Source of the DNA: Eubacteriales bacterium
GTDB taxonomy: Bacteria > Bacillota > Clostridia > Oscillospirales > CAG-272
Length of the DNA stretch: 64,000 nucleotides
Assembly: GCA_045605765.1 (NCBI GenBank)
Contig: JAZUQQ010000027.1
Coordinates: 129,095 to 193,094 of the forward strand
Reading direction: 5' to 3'
Each line of letters begins with the position of its first letter. The first letter of the stretch is position 1. The translations under genes were made by a program, and so were the position numbers. The notes under the pieces were generated by a model. That model did no database searches, was not told where the DNA came from, and saw only the letters and a program-made list of their open reading frames with translations. Below, in pieces: positions 17,583 to 25,949 of the stretch.

Positions 17583-19010
17583 CTAATCTTCTTTGCCGTT
17601 CCAGCAATATGTGCAGACCTCGTCCGCAGGAAGTCCGATAGCTTCAAGAAGTCCCTCTATCGACTGGAATTCTACCGAATCAAAGCCGAGCTTCTGGCAG
17701 ATGACCTCGCGAAGCTTCTTTCCTCGCTCGGTATCGGGACTTGAATACTCGCTTATATATTTTTCGCCTTCCTCACCTTCAAGCTCACGGATAACTCGGC
17801 GTGCTATGAGCTCTAGCTCGGACGTACTGCGCGAAAAATTCAGATATTTACAGCCGTACATAACGGGCGGGCAAGCCGAGCGTATATGTACCTCCTTTGC
17901 GCCATGCTCGTAAAGGAACTCGGCGGTCTCGCTCATCTGAGTGCCTCGCACTATCGAATCGTCAACGAAAAGGAGTTTCTTTCCCCTGATGAGCTCGTGT
18001 ACGGGAACGAGCTTCATCTTGGCTATCTGATTTCTTACCTTTTGATCGGTAGGCGTAAAGCTCCTCGGCCAAGTGGGGGTATATTTTATTATCGGTCTTG
18101 CGTACCGGATATGACTCTCGTTTGAATATCCAACTGCGTGAGCTATACCCGAATCGGGAACTCCACAAACGTGATCAACGCCCGCGCCGAGAGCAGTCTT
18201 CGCATCGTGCCTTGCCATTATCTCCCCGTTTTTGTTGCGCATACACTCGACGTTGACCCCTTCGTAGCAGGACGTGGGATATCCGTAATACGACCAAAGA
18301 AAGGCGCATATCTTTTTCTTTTTGCCGGGCTCCGCGAGACGTTTTACCTCGTGCGCCGATATCTCAACTATCTCTCCCGGTCCCAGTTCGCGAAACTGCT
18401 CATATCCAAGCTTGGTTGCGGCAAACGATTCAAAGGTCGCACAGTAGCCATCCTCTGCTTTGCCGATCATTATCGGCGTTCTTCCCATAGCATCTCTTGC
18501 CGCGATTATCGTTCCTCTCTCAGTCAGAATAAGTATAGATGCCGATCCTTGTATCTTGCTTTGAGCGTACTTTATTCCTTCCACGAAGTCCTTTCCGTGA
18601 TTTATAAGCGCGCCGAGCAGCTCGGTAACGTTCGTCTTTCCGCCGCCCATAGCCGACAGGTACAATCCCTCGCTGTTTACAAGCTCATCGAGAAGCTCCT
18701 TCGCGTTCTTTATAGTGCCTACCATTATAAGAGCATAAGTGCCGAGGCGCGAATGTAAAAGAAGCGGTTGAGGACTCGTGTCGCTTATACAACCGATACA
18801 AGCATTTCCTCTAAGCTCGCTAAGGTCCGAATCGAACTTTGTCCTAAACGGTGTATTTTGAAGATTATGTATAGATCTCTGGAATTTATCGGTATCGTTA
18901 AACGCAGCCATACCACCGCTTACCGTACCAAGATGAGAATGATAGTCCGTTCCGAAAAAGACGTCAAGAACACAGTCTCTTTTGGAAACAGCTCCGAAAA
19001 AGCCGCCCAT
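17583..19010 (-). CDS. purF: Amidophosphoribosyltransferase homologue with Gly in place of the N-terminal catalytic Cys
   Basis: PRTase motif LLFVDDSIVRGTQ; Fe-S-ligand-like Cys residues (CAFLW, SACPP..GC, CTYCW). Start placed at the ATG at 19010 (MGGFFG) behind AAAGGA; the track's TTG at 19034 adds 8 aa. Canonical PurF begins MCGI(V/F)G. Confidence 0.85.
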   Translation of the reverse strand: MGGFFGAVSKRDCVLDVFFGTDYHSHLGTVSGGMAAFNDTDKFQRSIHNLQNTPFRTKFDSDLSELRGNACIGCISDTSPQPLLLHSRLGTYALIMVGTIKNAKELLDELVNSEGLYLSAMGGGKTNVTELLGALINHGKDFVEGIKYAQSKIQGSASILILTERGTIIAARDAMGRTPIMIGKAEDGYCATFESFAATKLGYEQFRELGPGEIVEISAHEVKRLAEPGKKKKICAFLWSYYGYPTSCYEGVNVECMRNKNGEIMARHDAKTALGAGVDHVCGVPDSGIAHAVGYSNESHIRYARPIIKYTPTWPRSFTPTDQKVRNQIAKMKLVPVHELIRGKKLLFVDDSIVRGTQMSETAEFLYEHGAKEVHIRSACPPVMYGCKYLNFSRSTSELELIARRVIRELEGEEGEKYISEYSSPDTERGKKLREVICQKLGFDSVEFQSIEGLLEAIGLPADEVCTYCWNGKED

Positions 19011-19106
19011 ATATTGATCCTTTCTTCTTTTCAAGGAGTATAGTTTTCAAGTTAAAAAAACACGAAGCGGTCAGCCCCCCTAAAATCGGATGCTGACCTC
19101 ACTCAT

Positions 19107-19604
19107 TCAGTTTTTGTTATATTTTTCGCTAATCTCAGCATCCTTTGCAAGAACTGCCGCAGAAGCCGCCGCACGCGTATCTGTCAGACGCTTTGCAAGA
19201 GAGTCGTCCGAGAGAGCGATTATCTGAGCCGCAAGGATCGCGGCATTTACTGAGCCATCAATAGCAACGGTTGCCACGGGAATGCCCGCAGGCATTTGAA
19301 CGGTAGAAAGAAGCGCGTCGATACCTTCAAGTGCCGAAGCTTTGATCGGGATACCGATAACGGGAAGAATAGTGTTTGCCGCGATAGCACCTGCAAGATG
19401 AGCCGCCTTGCCTGCTGCCGCGATTATTGCCCCGAACCCGTTTTCCTTTGCCGCAAGAGCAAATGCTCTCGCTTCCTCGGGAGTTCTGTGTGCCGAGAAT
19501 ATATGTACCTCAAAGGGTATGCCGTACTTTTCAAGGGTGCTTATCGCCCCTTCAACCTTAGGAAGGTCGCTGTCGCTACCCATAATTATTCCAACTTTTT
19601 TCAT
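19107..19604 (-). CDS. purE: N5-carboxyaminoimidazole ribonucleotide mutase
   Basis: 165 aa. IIMGSDSDLP..SAHRTP..AAGKAAHLAG..PVIGIP..MPAGIPVATV. Confidence 0.93.
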   Translation of the reverse strand: MKKVGIIMGSDSDLPKVEGAISTLEKYGIPFEVHIFSAHRTPEEARAFALAAKENGFGAIIAAAGKAAHLAGAIAANTILPVIGIPIKASALEGIDALLSTVQMPAGIPVATVAIDGSVNAAILAAQIIALSDDSLAKRLTDTRAAASAAVLAKDAEISEKYNKN

Positions 19605-19648
19605 CTTTGAACCTCTTTAAACTGTTTATTTTAGTTATAAAAATACGC

Positions 19649-19688
19649 AAAAAGGCAGTTCTATCCATAGTGAAAGGTAAGAACTGCC
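19649..19688 (-). terminator. Intrinsic terminator forming the ZTP riboswitch expression platform
   Basis: Minus strand reads GGCAGTTCT..AGAACTGCC followed by TTTTT. The 5' arm overlaps the aptamer's conserved 3' CCGUCUGGGCAG segment. Confidence 0.75.
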
Positions 19689-19762
19689 CAGACGGTCGGC
19701 CTTGTATGTTATCTTTGCTCCCCCGCGGTAAACCGCCAATCCGTCAGTCACAAAAATACATT
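19684..19762 (-). promoter_or_regulatory. ZTP (pfl-motif) riboswitch aptamer
   Basis: Minus strand reads GUGACUGACGGAUUGGCGGUUUACCGCGGGGGAGC, a linker, then CCGACCGUCUGGGCAG. This matches the pfl consensus GUGACUGGCG..CCGGGGAGC..CCGCCUGGGCA. The pseudoknot pair covaries (GACGG with CCGUC). Confidence 0.85.
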
Positions 19763-19790
19763 AAATTAAGGTGAAATTTTTACCGTTCGT

Positions 19791-19819
19791 ATTATAACAC
19801 ACAAAGCCGCTTTTGTCAA
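19791..19819 (-). promoter_or_regulatory. Consensus sigma-A promoter of the pur operon
   Basis: Minus strand carries TTGACA (19814-19819), a 17-nt spacer and TGtTATAAT (-10 at 19791-19796). Confidence 0.75.
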
Positions 19820-19849
19820 CAAATTTTTCGTTATTTTATAATGGAAAAA

Positions 19850-20278
19850 TCAAAGAAATTTTTTTAGTTCCTCGATGTTTTTTTCTTCAGTTTTCACAAG
19901 TTTTTCAGCAAATCCTCTCGTATCGGGAGATATATCGCAGGAATCGTTGAGATGGCGGGTAATTTTCGTTATCCCTGACGACGTGCCTTTTATCATATCC
20001 TCTGCTATCTCAGAGTCGGATGCGTAGACGAGCGTTTTCGCCGCCGAGAACATCTTTGCGTACATTTTCGATGCATCATTTGAGCTTTCAACCGGCGCAC
20101 CCATGTTGTGCAAACGGTTTCCCGCTTCGTTCAGAATATCACGATATTCATTTCTCTGACTGTCAAGCAGCGCAAGAAACTGCTCGTCCTTTACCTTTTT
20201 GCGTACGGTGTTTATGCCGTCTATCCCCATTTCCACGTTTTGTCTGATATTTTCAAGTATTTTCGCTTCTTCGGTCAT
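19850..20278 (-). CDS. Hypothetical helical protein
   Basis: About 142 aa starting at MTEEAKILENIRQ, with the ATG at 20278 behind GAAAGGAA. Predicted all-helical and no motif recognised. The longer track ORF adds an unlikely hydrophobic leader. Confidence 0.5.
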   Translation of the reverse strand: MTEEAKILENIRQNVEMGIDGINTVRKKVKDEQFLALLDSQRNEYRDILNEAGNRLHNMGAPVESSNDASKMYAKMFSAAKTLVYASDSEIAEDMIKGTSSGITKITRHLNDSCDISPDTRGFAEKLVKTEEKNIEELKKFL

Positions 20279-20359
20279 AATAAAATTCCTTTCGGTTTTA
20301 GTTACACAATTATTATGGTCTAAAATAAAGAAAAAATGCAAAAACATCTCGGTTTACTA

Positions 20360-20388
20360 TTGACAAAAGGAAGAAATTGTGTTAAACT
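20360..20388 (+). promoter_or_regulatory. Promoter of the rpsF-ssb-rpsR operon
   Basis: TTGACA, a 17-nt spacer and TGtTAAACT. A structured leader of about 120 nt follows and could be an S6:S18 autoregulatory leader; I could not verify that by eye. Confidence 0.55.
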
Positions 20389-20512
20389 ATCATCTCGAAG
20401 TGTCATTATAGCCCAAGAACACCGGAGTCGGGCGCGCGACGCTTCTCCTTACCGCAGGTAAAATAAAAATTTACGAGGCTTGCGGTCTTATGTCCATAGG
20501 GAGGTGTAAATA

Positions 20513-20809
20513 ATGGAAAAAGCAGTTAACAAGTATGAAACCGTATTCGTCCTTAACGCTACTCTTACCGAAGAAGCAACGGCTGCTCTCGTTACCAAGT
20601 TCTCCGATCTCATCGCATCCGATACGGCTGCTCCCGAGGTTAAGGAAATTGGAAAGAGAAAGCTCGCTTATCTTATCGACGATATGAGCGAAGGATACTA
20701 CGTTCAGATGGATTTCAGCGCTACGCCGAAGTTCGTTGCTGAGCTTGAAAGAATCTTCGGAATTACCGAAGGTGTTATGCGTTCTATCGTAGTAAGAAAA
20801 CCCGAATAA
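20513..20809 (+). CDS. rpsF: 30S ribosomal protein S6
   Basis: 98 aa. YETVFVLNATLTEE..GKRKLAYLI..GYYV. Confidence 0.95.
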   Translation: MEKAVNKYETVFVLNATLTEEATAALVTKFSDLIASDTAAPEVKEIGKRKLAYLIDDMSEGYYVQMDFSATPKFVAELERIFGITEGVMRSIVVRKPE

Positions 20810-20846
20810 GAAAAGTACCGTTTATTTTTGAAAGGATGGTATAAAA

Positions 20847-21317
20847 ATGGCTAATTTCAATCTCAACAAGGTAATTATAGGCGGACGTCTTACAGCCGAT
20901 CCCGAGATCAGACAGACCTCATCGGGCACTCCGGTATGCTCCTTTTCGGTCGCGGTAAACCGCCGCACTTCCACAGAAGGCGCACAGCAGGCTGATTTTA
21001 TAAACGTCGTCGCTTGGAGAAACCAGGCAGAGTTTGTTTGCCGTTTCTTCCGCAAAGGAAGTTCGATCTGCGTGATCGGATCCATCCAGACAAGATCCTG
21101 GACGGATCAAAACAATCAGAAGCGCTACTCTACCGATGTCGTTGCAGACGAGATCAACTTCGTTGATTCGAAGAGTGAATCTCCTATGGGCGGACAGGCA
21201 AGATCGAACGCTTCGCAGTACACACCGGAAAGCTACGGCACTCCGTCGTTTTCCTCTCAGGACGAGGACGCTCCGAGATTCGAGGACATCCCCAACGACG
21301 ACGATCTTCCGTTCTGA
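20847..21317 (+). CDS. ssb: Single-stranded DNA-binding protein
   Basis: OB fold (MANFNLNKVIIGGRLTADPEIRQT) and an acidic C-terminal tip DDDLPF. Confidence 0.95.
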   Translation: MANFNLNKVIIGGRLTADPEIRQTSSGTPVCSFSVAVNRRTSTEGAQQADFINVVAWRNQAEFVCRFFRKGSSICVIGSIQTRSWTDQNNQKRYSTDVVADEINFVDSKSESPMGGQARSNASQYTPESYGTPSFSSQDEDAPRFEDIPNDDDLPF

Positions 21318-21343
21318 CACAATATTATAAGGAGGTTTCATAA

Positions 21344-21619
21344 ATGGATAACGAAAAGGAAGTTCAGGCAGCTCCCGCTGCAAAGCCCGCTCGCCCGAAC
21401 GTAAATCGCAAGAGAAAAAAGGTTTGCCAGTTCTGCGCTGACAAGACCGTAAACTTCATAGATTACAAGGACGGTGCAAAGCTCCGTAAGTTCACGTCCG
21501 ACAGAGGCAAGATCCTGCCCAGACGTGTTACCGGTACCTGCGCTATGCACCAGCGTGAACTGGCCATCGCCATCAAACGCGCTCGCGTAATCGCTATTCT
21601 TCCTTACGTCACTGACTAA
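21344..21619 (+). CDS. rpsR: 30S ribosomal protein S18
   Basis: 91 aa. [54 protein letters not shown]. Confidence 0.95.
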   Translation: MDNEKEVQAAPAAKPARPNVNRKRKKVCQFCADKTVNFIDYKDGAKLRKFTSDRGKILPRRVTGTCAMHQRELAIAIKRARVIAILPYVTD

Positions 21620-21642
21620 TTTTTGACAGCATAAAGGAAATT

Positions 21643-21677
21643 AAAAGACCAAAGCCCTTGCGCTTTGGTCTTTTTTG
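21643..21677 (+). terminator. rpsR intrinsic terminator
   Basis: AGACCAAAGC-CCTTGC-GCTTTGGTCT followed by TTTTT. Confidence 0.8.
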
Positions 21678-21726
21678 TGTTATAATCGTGATAAGATGAT
21701 GTTATTCTACAAAATCATATTTTAGT

Positions 21727-21790
21727 AAAGTTTTTGAAAAGGTGCAAAAAACTTTTTACAAAACGTTTTTCTGCGAAAAGTTTTCCGAAT
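21727..21790 (+). repeat. Copy F of the box/hairpin repeat family (5' leader of the ABC exporter operon)
   Basis: AAAGTTTTTGAAAAGGTGCAAAAAACTTTTTACAAAACGTTTTTCTGCGAAAAGTTTTCC is near-identical by eye to the start-proximal module upstream of purD. It lies downstream of a TGtTATAAT -10 at 21678-21686. Confidence 0.75.
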
Positions 21791-21794
21791 AATT

Positions 21795-23525
21795 ATGAAA
21801 AATCTGCTTAATTATTTAAGTCCATACAAAAAGCGGATTGCCGGCGCACTCACGATAAAGGTGATCGGCACGGTCATGGATCTTTTTATCCCATGGCTTC
21901 TTGCAATAATAATAGACGACGTGATTCCCACCGAAAGCCTCGGTTCTGTCGTCTTTTTTGGCGTTCTTATGATCGCCTGCGCATTCTGTGCTCTGCTTTT
22001 CAACATAATCGCAAACCGCTCAGCTTCGCTCGTTTCGGCATACTGTATCCGCGCGATAAGACACGATCTCTTTGAAAAAATATCCTATCTCGATGCCTCG
22101 CAGATAGACGAGTTCTCAATATCCTCGCTTGAATCGAGAATAACGACCGACACCTACAACGTACAAAGAATGGTCAACACAATGCAACGTATGACGATCC
22201 GCGCGGTAATACTCTTTATCGGCGGTCTGATCGTCACCTCCATACAGGACCCCCTGCTTACCCTCACCCTTCTCTGCACCCTCCCTTTCATTGCGTTTTT
22301 CACGATAACTATAACGAAAAAGAGCATTCCGCTCTACGACGATCAGCACAAAGCAACTGACGATCTTATACGAGTTGTTCGTGAAAACACATCAGGCGTT
22401 CGCATAATAAAGGCACTCTGTCGCACCGAGCACGAGAAGAAGCGCTTTGACAAAGCCAACAAAGAAGCGATACGCCGCGAAAAGAAAGCTAATATCGCAG
22501 TGGCGGCAACAAATCCGCTTATCAGCCTGTTCCTAAACGTAGGTCTCTCGGCGGTCATCGTAGTCGGTGCGCTTATGATACGCGGCGGACATAGCTCGGT
22601 GGGTAATATAATCGCGTTCATCAGTTACTTTACTATCATATCCAACGCGATGATAATGGTATCGCGTATCTTCGTCAGCTATTCGAGCGGTGCTGCAGGA
22701 ATGAAGCGAATAAACGCAGTCCTCTTTTCCGAGCCGAACCTTTGGGTCGAGGTGTACGCCGACACCGAAAGCGAGGAAAGCACCGAAAAGGCTCCGCACA
22801 TCGAATTTTCAAACGTATCCTTCGCATACAAAAATCATAAGGCACTTGACAGTATATCATTCTCGCTTGAAAAGGGTCAAACGCTTGGAATTCTCGGTAC
22901 TACGGGAAGTGGAAAGAGCACGCTCATTTCCCTGCTTATGCGCGTTTACGATGCAGATGAGGGTGAAATAAAAATAGAAGGAAGAAATGTAAAAGAGATT
23001 CCGACCGTGGAGCTCCGCTCACGCTTCGGAAGCGTTTTCCAGAACGACTTTATAATGAACGACACGATAAAGGAAAACGTAGTTTTCGGTCGCGACATTT
23101 CGGACGCAAATCTCGAAAAAGCATTTGAGCTCGCTCAGGCGGCAAGTTTCGTAAACGAATATCCCGAAAAATCAGATCATATGCTTGACATTAAAGGGGC
23201 AAACCTCAGCGGAGGCCAGAAGCAACGCCTCACGGTCGCGCGCGCACTTGCGGGCGATCCCGAGATACTCGTGCTCGACGACGCGTCCTCCGCGCTCGAC
23301 TACAAGACCGACGCCGCGCTTCGCCGTGCTATAAAGGAAAATTTCAAGGACACAACTACTCTCATCGTTTCACAAAGAGTCAGCTCTATAATGCACGCCG
23401 ATCTGATCATCGTTCTCGACAAGGGCAGGATGATTGGCTGCGGAAGTCACGAGGAGCTGCTGCTATCCTGCGAGTATTACAGAGAAACGGCAAAGTCGCA
23501 GATGGGAGGTGTATACCTTGGATAG
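21795..23525 (+). CDS. ABC exporter, fused permease/ATPase subunit (heterodimer partner 1)
   Basis: 576 aa with a six-helix TMD. Walker A GTTGSGKST, signature LSGGQKQR and Walker B ILVLDDA are present. Confidence 0.9.
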   Translation: MKNLLNYLSPYKKRIAGALTIKVIGTVMDLFIPWLLAIIIDDVIPTESLGSVVFFGVLMIACAFCALLFNIIANRSASLVSAYCIRAIRHDLFEKISYLDASQIDEFSISSLESRITTDTYNVQRMVNTMQRMTIRAVILFIGGLIVTSIQDPLLTLTLLCTLPFIAFFTITITKKSIPLYDDQHKATDDLIRVVRENTSGVRIIKALCRTEHEKKRFDKANKEAIRREKKANIAVAATNPLISLFLNVGLSAVIVVGALMIRGGHSSVGNIIAFISYFTIISNAMIMVSRIFVSYSSGAAGMKRINAVLFSEPNLWVEVYADTESEESTEKAPHIEFSNVSFAYKNHKALDSISFSLEKGQTLGILGTTGSGKSTLISLLMRVYDADEGEIKIEGRNVKEIPTVELRSRFGSVFQNDFIMNDTIKENVVFGRDISDANLEKAFELAQAASFVNEYPEKSDHMLDIKGANLSGGQKQRLTVARALAGDPEILVLDDASSALDYKTDAALRRAIKENFKDTTTLIVSQRVSSIMHADLIIVLDKGRMIGCGSHEELLLSCEYYRETAKSQMGGVYLG

Positions 23526-25356
23526 AGGATACAGACCGTCCTTCCGTCACGACGCTCAGTCAAAGGACAACGGTGTAAAAATGTCGAAAAGATCGGTACT
23601 TTTACGTATAATGAAATATCTTATGACCTACAAAAAGACGCTTTTTCTCGCCGCGGTCATTATGATAGTTTCCAACCTTCTTTCCCTTATGGGACCCGAG
23701 CTCTCGGGAAAAGCCATTGACGCCATCGGAGAAAACGGCAACGTCGACCTCGGCTCAGTGCTCTTCTATGCAGGGCTGATGGTACTCTTTTACGCGATCT
23801 CGGCAGGGCTTTCCTATCTGCTGTCGACTATTATGATCTCGCTCAGCAAGAGCGTCACCTACCGTATGAGAAAGGACGTTTTTGATCATCTTTGCGACCT
23901 CCCGGTCGGATATTTCGATAAAAATCAATCGGGAGATCTCGTCAGCCGTCTGACGTACGACATAGACACGGTCAACGCTTCCCTTTCAAACGATCTTATA
24001 CATATAATTTCAGGAGTAATAACCGTAGTCGTATGTGCCTATCAGATGTTCAGAATAGCACCCGCTCTTATGCTTATATTCGTTATAACTATTCCTGCGC
24101 TCATCTTTTTCTCGCGTTACAGAGTCAAAAAAGTTCGTCCGCTATTCTCGTACCGTTCCAAGAAATACGGAGAGCTCAACGGCTATGCTGAGGAGATGCT
24201 TTCCGGTCAGAAAACTATCCGAGCCTACTCCAAGGAAAAGGTTATGATAGCGCGATTTGATAAGCACAACGACGAGGCGGTGTCTGCCGAGCGAAACGCA
24301 GATTATCAGGCGTGCATCCTCGGACCGTCGGTAAACTTTATAAACAACATCACGCTTTCTCTTATCGGAATGTTCGGAGTCCTGCTCTTTATAACGACCA
24401 AAAACTCGGCATCAGGGGCTATGTTCACCATCGGCGCGCTTTCTTCCTTTATACAATATGCGCGCAGATTTTCAGGTCCGATAAATGAAACCGCGAACAT
24501 CGTCAGCGATATACAGTCGGCTCTGTCGGCAGGATCGAGAATATTCCGCCTGCTCGACGAAAAATGCGAGCCAAAGGACATCGAGGCGACCGAAAATCTA
24601 TCCGAGAGCGGAATATGCGAAAACGGAAGCGCCGAAATAAAGGATGTTTCATTCGCCTACGTCGAGAACATGACTGTGCTTCACGACATCTCGATAATCG
24701 CAGAAAGACACAAAACTGTCGCTCTTGTGGGAGCAACCGGTTGCGGCAAGACCTCTATAATAAATCTCCTTATGCGTTTCTACGATCCGAACAAAGGCGA
24801 GATACTCCTTGACGGCGTAAACACGAAAAACGCGCCAATATCAAGCGTCCGTCGCTCATTTGCGATGGTGCTCCAAGAGACGTGGCTTTTTGGCGGCACG
24901 ATAGCCGAAAATATTGCCTACGGACGCGACGACGCGACACTCGAGGAGATAGTTGCTGCTGCAAAGACCGCAAAGGTCCACGACTTTATTGAAGGTCTAC
25001 CCGACGGATACGACACGGTCATAGACGAAAACGGGGCAAACGTTTCGAAAGGTCAAAAGCAGCTCATCACGATAGCTCGTGCCGTCCTTCTCGACACTCC
25101 CTTTCTTATTCTCGACGAGGCCACCTCAAACGTTGACTCACGCACGGAGGCTCTCCTTCACACGGCCATGGACGCTGCAATGAGAAACCGTACTTGTATT
25201 ATAGTCGCACACCGTCTGTCCACGGTAAGAAATGCCGATATGATAATAGTTATGGATAAGGGGCGTATAATAGAAAGAGGAGACCACGAAACGCTGCTTA
25301 ACAAAAACGGAATTTATGCCGCTCTGTATAATTCGCAGTTCGATAACGTCGAATAA
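23518..25356 (+). CDS. ABC exporter, fused permease/ATPase subunit (heterodimer partner 2)
   Basis: Walker A GATGCGKTS, signature VSKGQKQL and Walker B ILDEATS. Start placed at the TTG at 23518, 8 nt after GGAGG and overlapping the upstream stop. An alternative ATG lies at 23581; the track's 23434 start is unlikely. Confidence 0.85.
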   Translation: MDRGYRPSFRHDAQSKDNGVKMSKRSVLLRIMKYLMTYKKTLFLAAVIMIVSNLLSLMGPELSGKAIDAIGENGNVDLGSVLFYAGLMVLFYAISAGLSYLLSTIMISLSKSVTYRMRKDVFDHLCDLPVGYFDKNQSGDLVSRLTYDIDTVNASLSNDLIHIISGVITVVVCAYQMFRIAPALMLIFVITIPALIFFSRYRVKKVRPLFSYRSKKYGELNGYAEEMLSGQKTIRAYSKEKVMIARFDKHNDEAVSAERNADYQACILGPSVNFINNITLSLIGMFGVLLFITTKNSASGAMFTIGALSSFIQYARRFSGPINETANIVSDIQSALSAGSRIFRLLDEKCEPKDIEATENLSESGICENGSAEIKDVSFAYVENMTVLHDISIIAERHKTVALVGATGCGKTSIINLLMRFYDPNKGEILLDGVNTKNAPISSVRRSFAMVLQETWLFGGTIAENIAYGRDDATLEEIVAAAKTAKVHDFIEGLPDGYDTVIDENGANVSKGQKQLITIARAVLLDTPFLILDEATSNVDSRTEALLHTAMDAAMRNRTCIIVAHRLSTVRNADMIIVMDKGRIIERGDHETLLNKNGIYAALYNSQFDNVE

Positions 25357-25468
25357 TAAAATACAAGGATTTCTGGCAAATTGATGCAATTTTTTCCAAA
25401 ATATAACTTTTTGTTCGCTTTTTGTGTGAACAATTTGTTAACATTGCGCTTTTTATGTGAATTTACTA

Positions 25469-25497
25469 TTGAAATTCGAGGCAAAATCATATATAAT
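25469..25497 (+). promoter_or_regulatory. Promoter upstream of the stand-alone ACP gene
   Basis: TTGAAA, a 17-nt spacer and TATAAT, followed by a leader of about 95 nt containing the hairpin GTGCGA-AG-TCGCAC. Confidence 0.55.
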
Positions 25498-25594
25498 AAT
25501 TGAGGCAAGTGTGCGAAGTCGCACAGGCCGAATCCAGTAATGCTTACCGCTCTTTGAGCGCGCGGGCAAAAACAATCGGAAGGATACATATTTT

Positions 25595-25831
25595 ATGAGT
25601 ATTTTCGAAGAGCTTACGCAGATACTTTCCAAGCAGCTGCGCATTGACGTCGAAAAAATCGAAAGCTCCGCCGACCTGATGGAAGACCTCGGCGCGGATT
25701 CTCTCGATATTGTTGAGATCCTCATGATAGTTGAAGAACAGTTTGGAATTACTGTTCCCGAAGAGGAATTCCCAAATCTCCGCACGGTAGGAGCGCTTCG
25801 TTCCTACGTAGAGGCAAACGCCAACAACTGA
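25595..25831 (+). CDS. Acyl carrier protein (stand-alone)
   Basis: 78 aa. The phosphopantetheine attachment motif LGADSLDIVEI is present. Confidence 0.88.
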   Translation: MSIFEELTQILSKQLRIDVEKIESSADLMEDLGADSLDIVEILMIVEEQFGITVPEEEFPNLRTVGALRSYVEANANN

Positions 25832-25837
25832 ATAACA

Positions 25838-25872
25838 AACAATCGGCAGATTAGTTTCTGCCGGTTGTTTTT
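25838..25872 (+). terminator. Terminator or attenuator after the ACP gene
   Basis: AACAATCGGCAG-loop-CTGCCGGTTGTT followed by TTT. Confidence 0.55.
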
Positions 25873-25949
25873 CCTGTTCACAAATCGATTTTTTGTGCTA
25901 CTATTACTTTATCGTTTTATCTCTTGTTTTGAAAGGATCGCGCACACAA

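Noticed and set aside
19011-19106. Another copy of the box/hairpin repeat in the purE|purF gap
   Set aside because: The gap contains a GGTCAGC..GCTGACC hairpin and fragments like AACTTGAAAAC and CCTTGAAAAG. It has no canonical AAAGTTTTTGAAAGG box and no A/T-rich perfect palindrome. It is at best a decayed relative.
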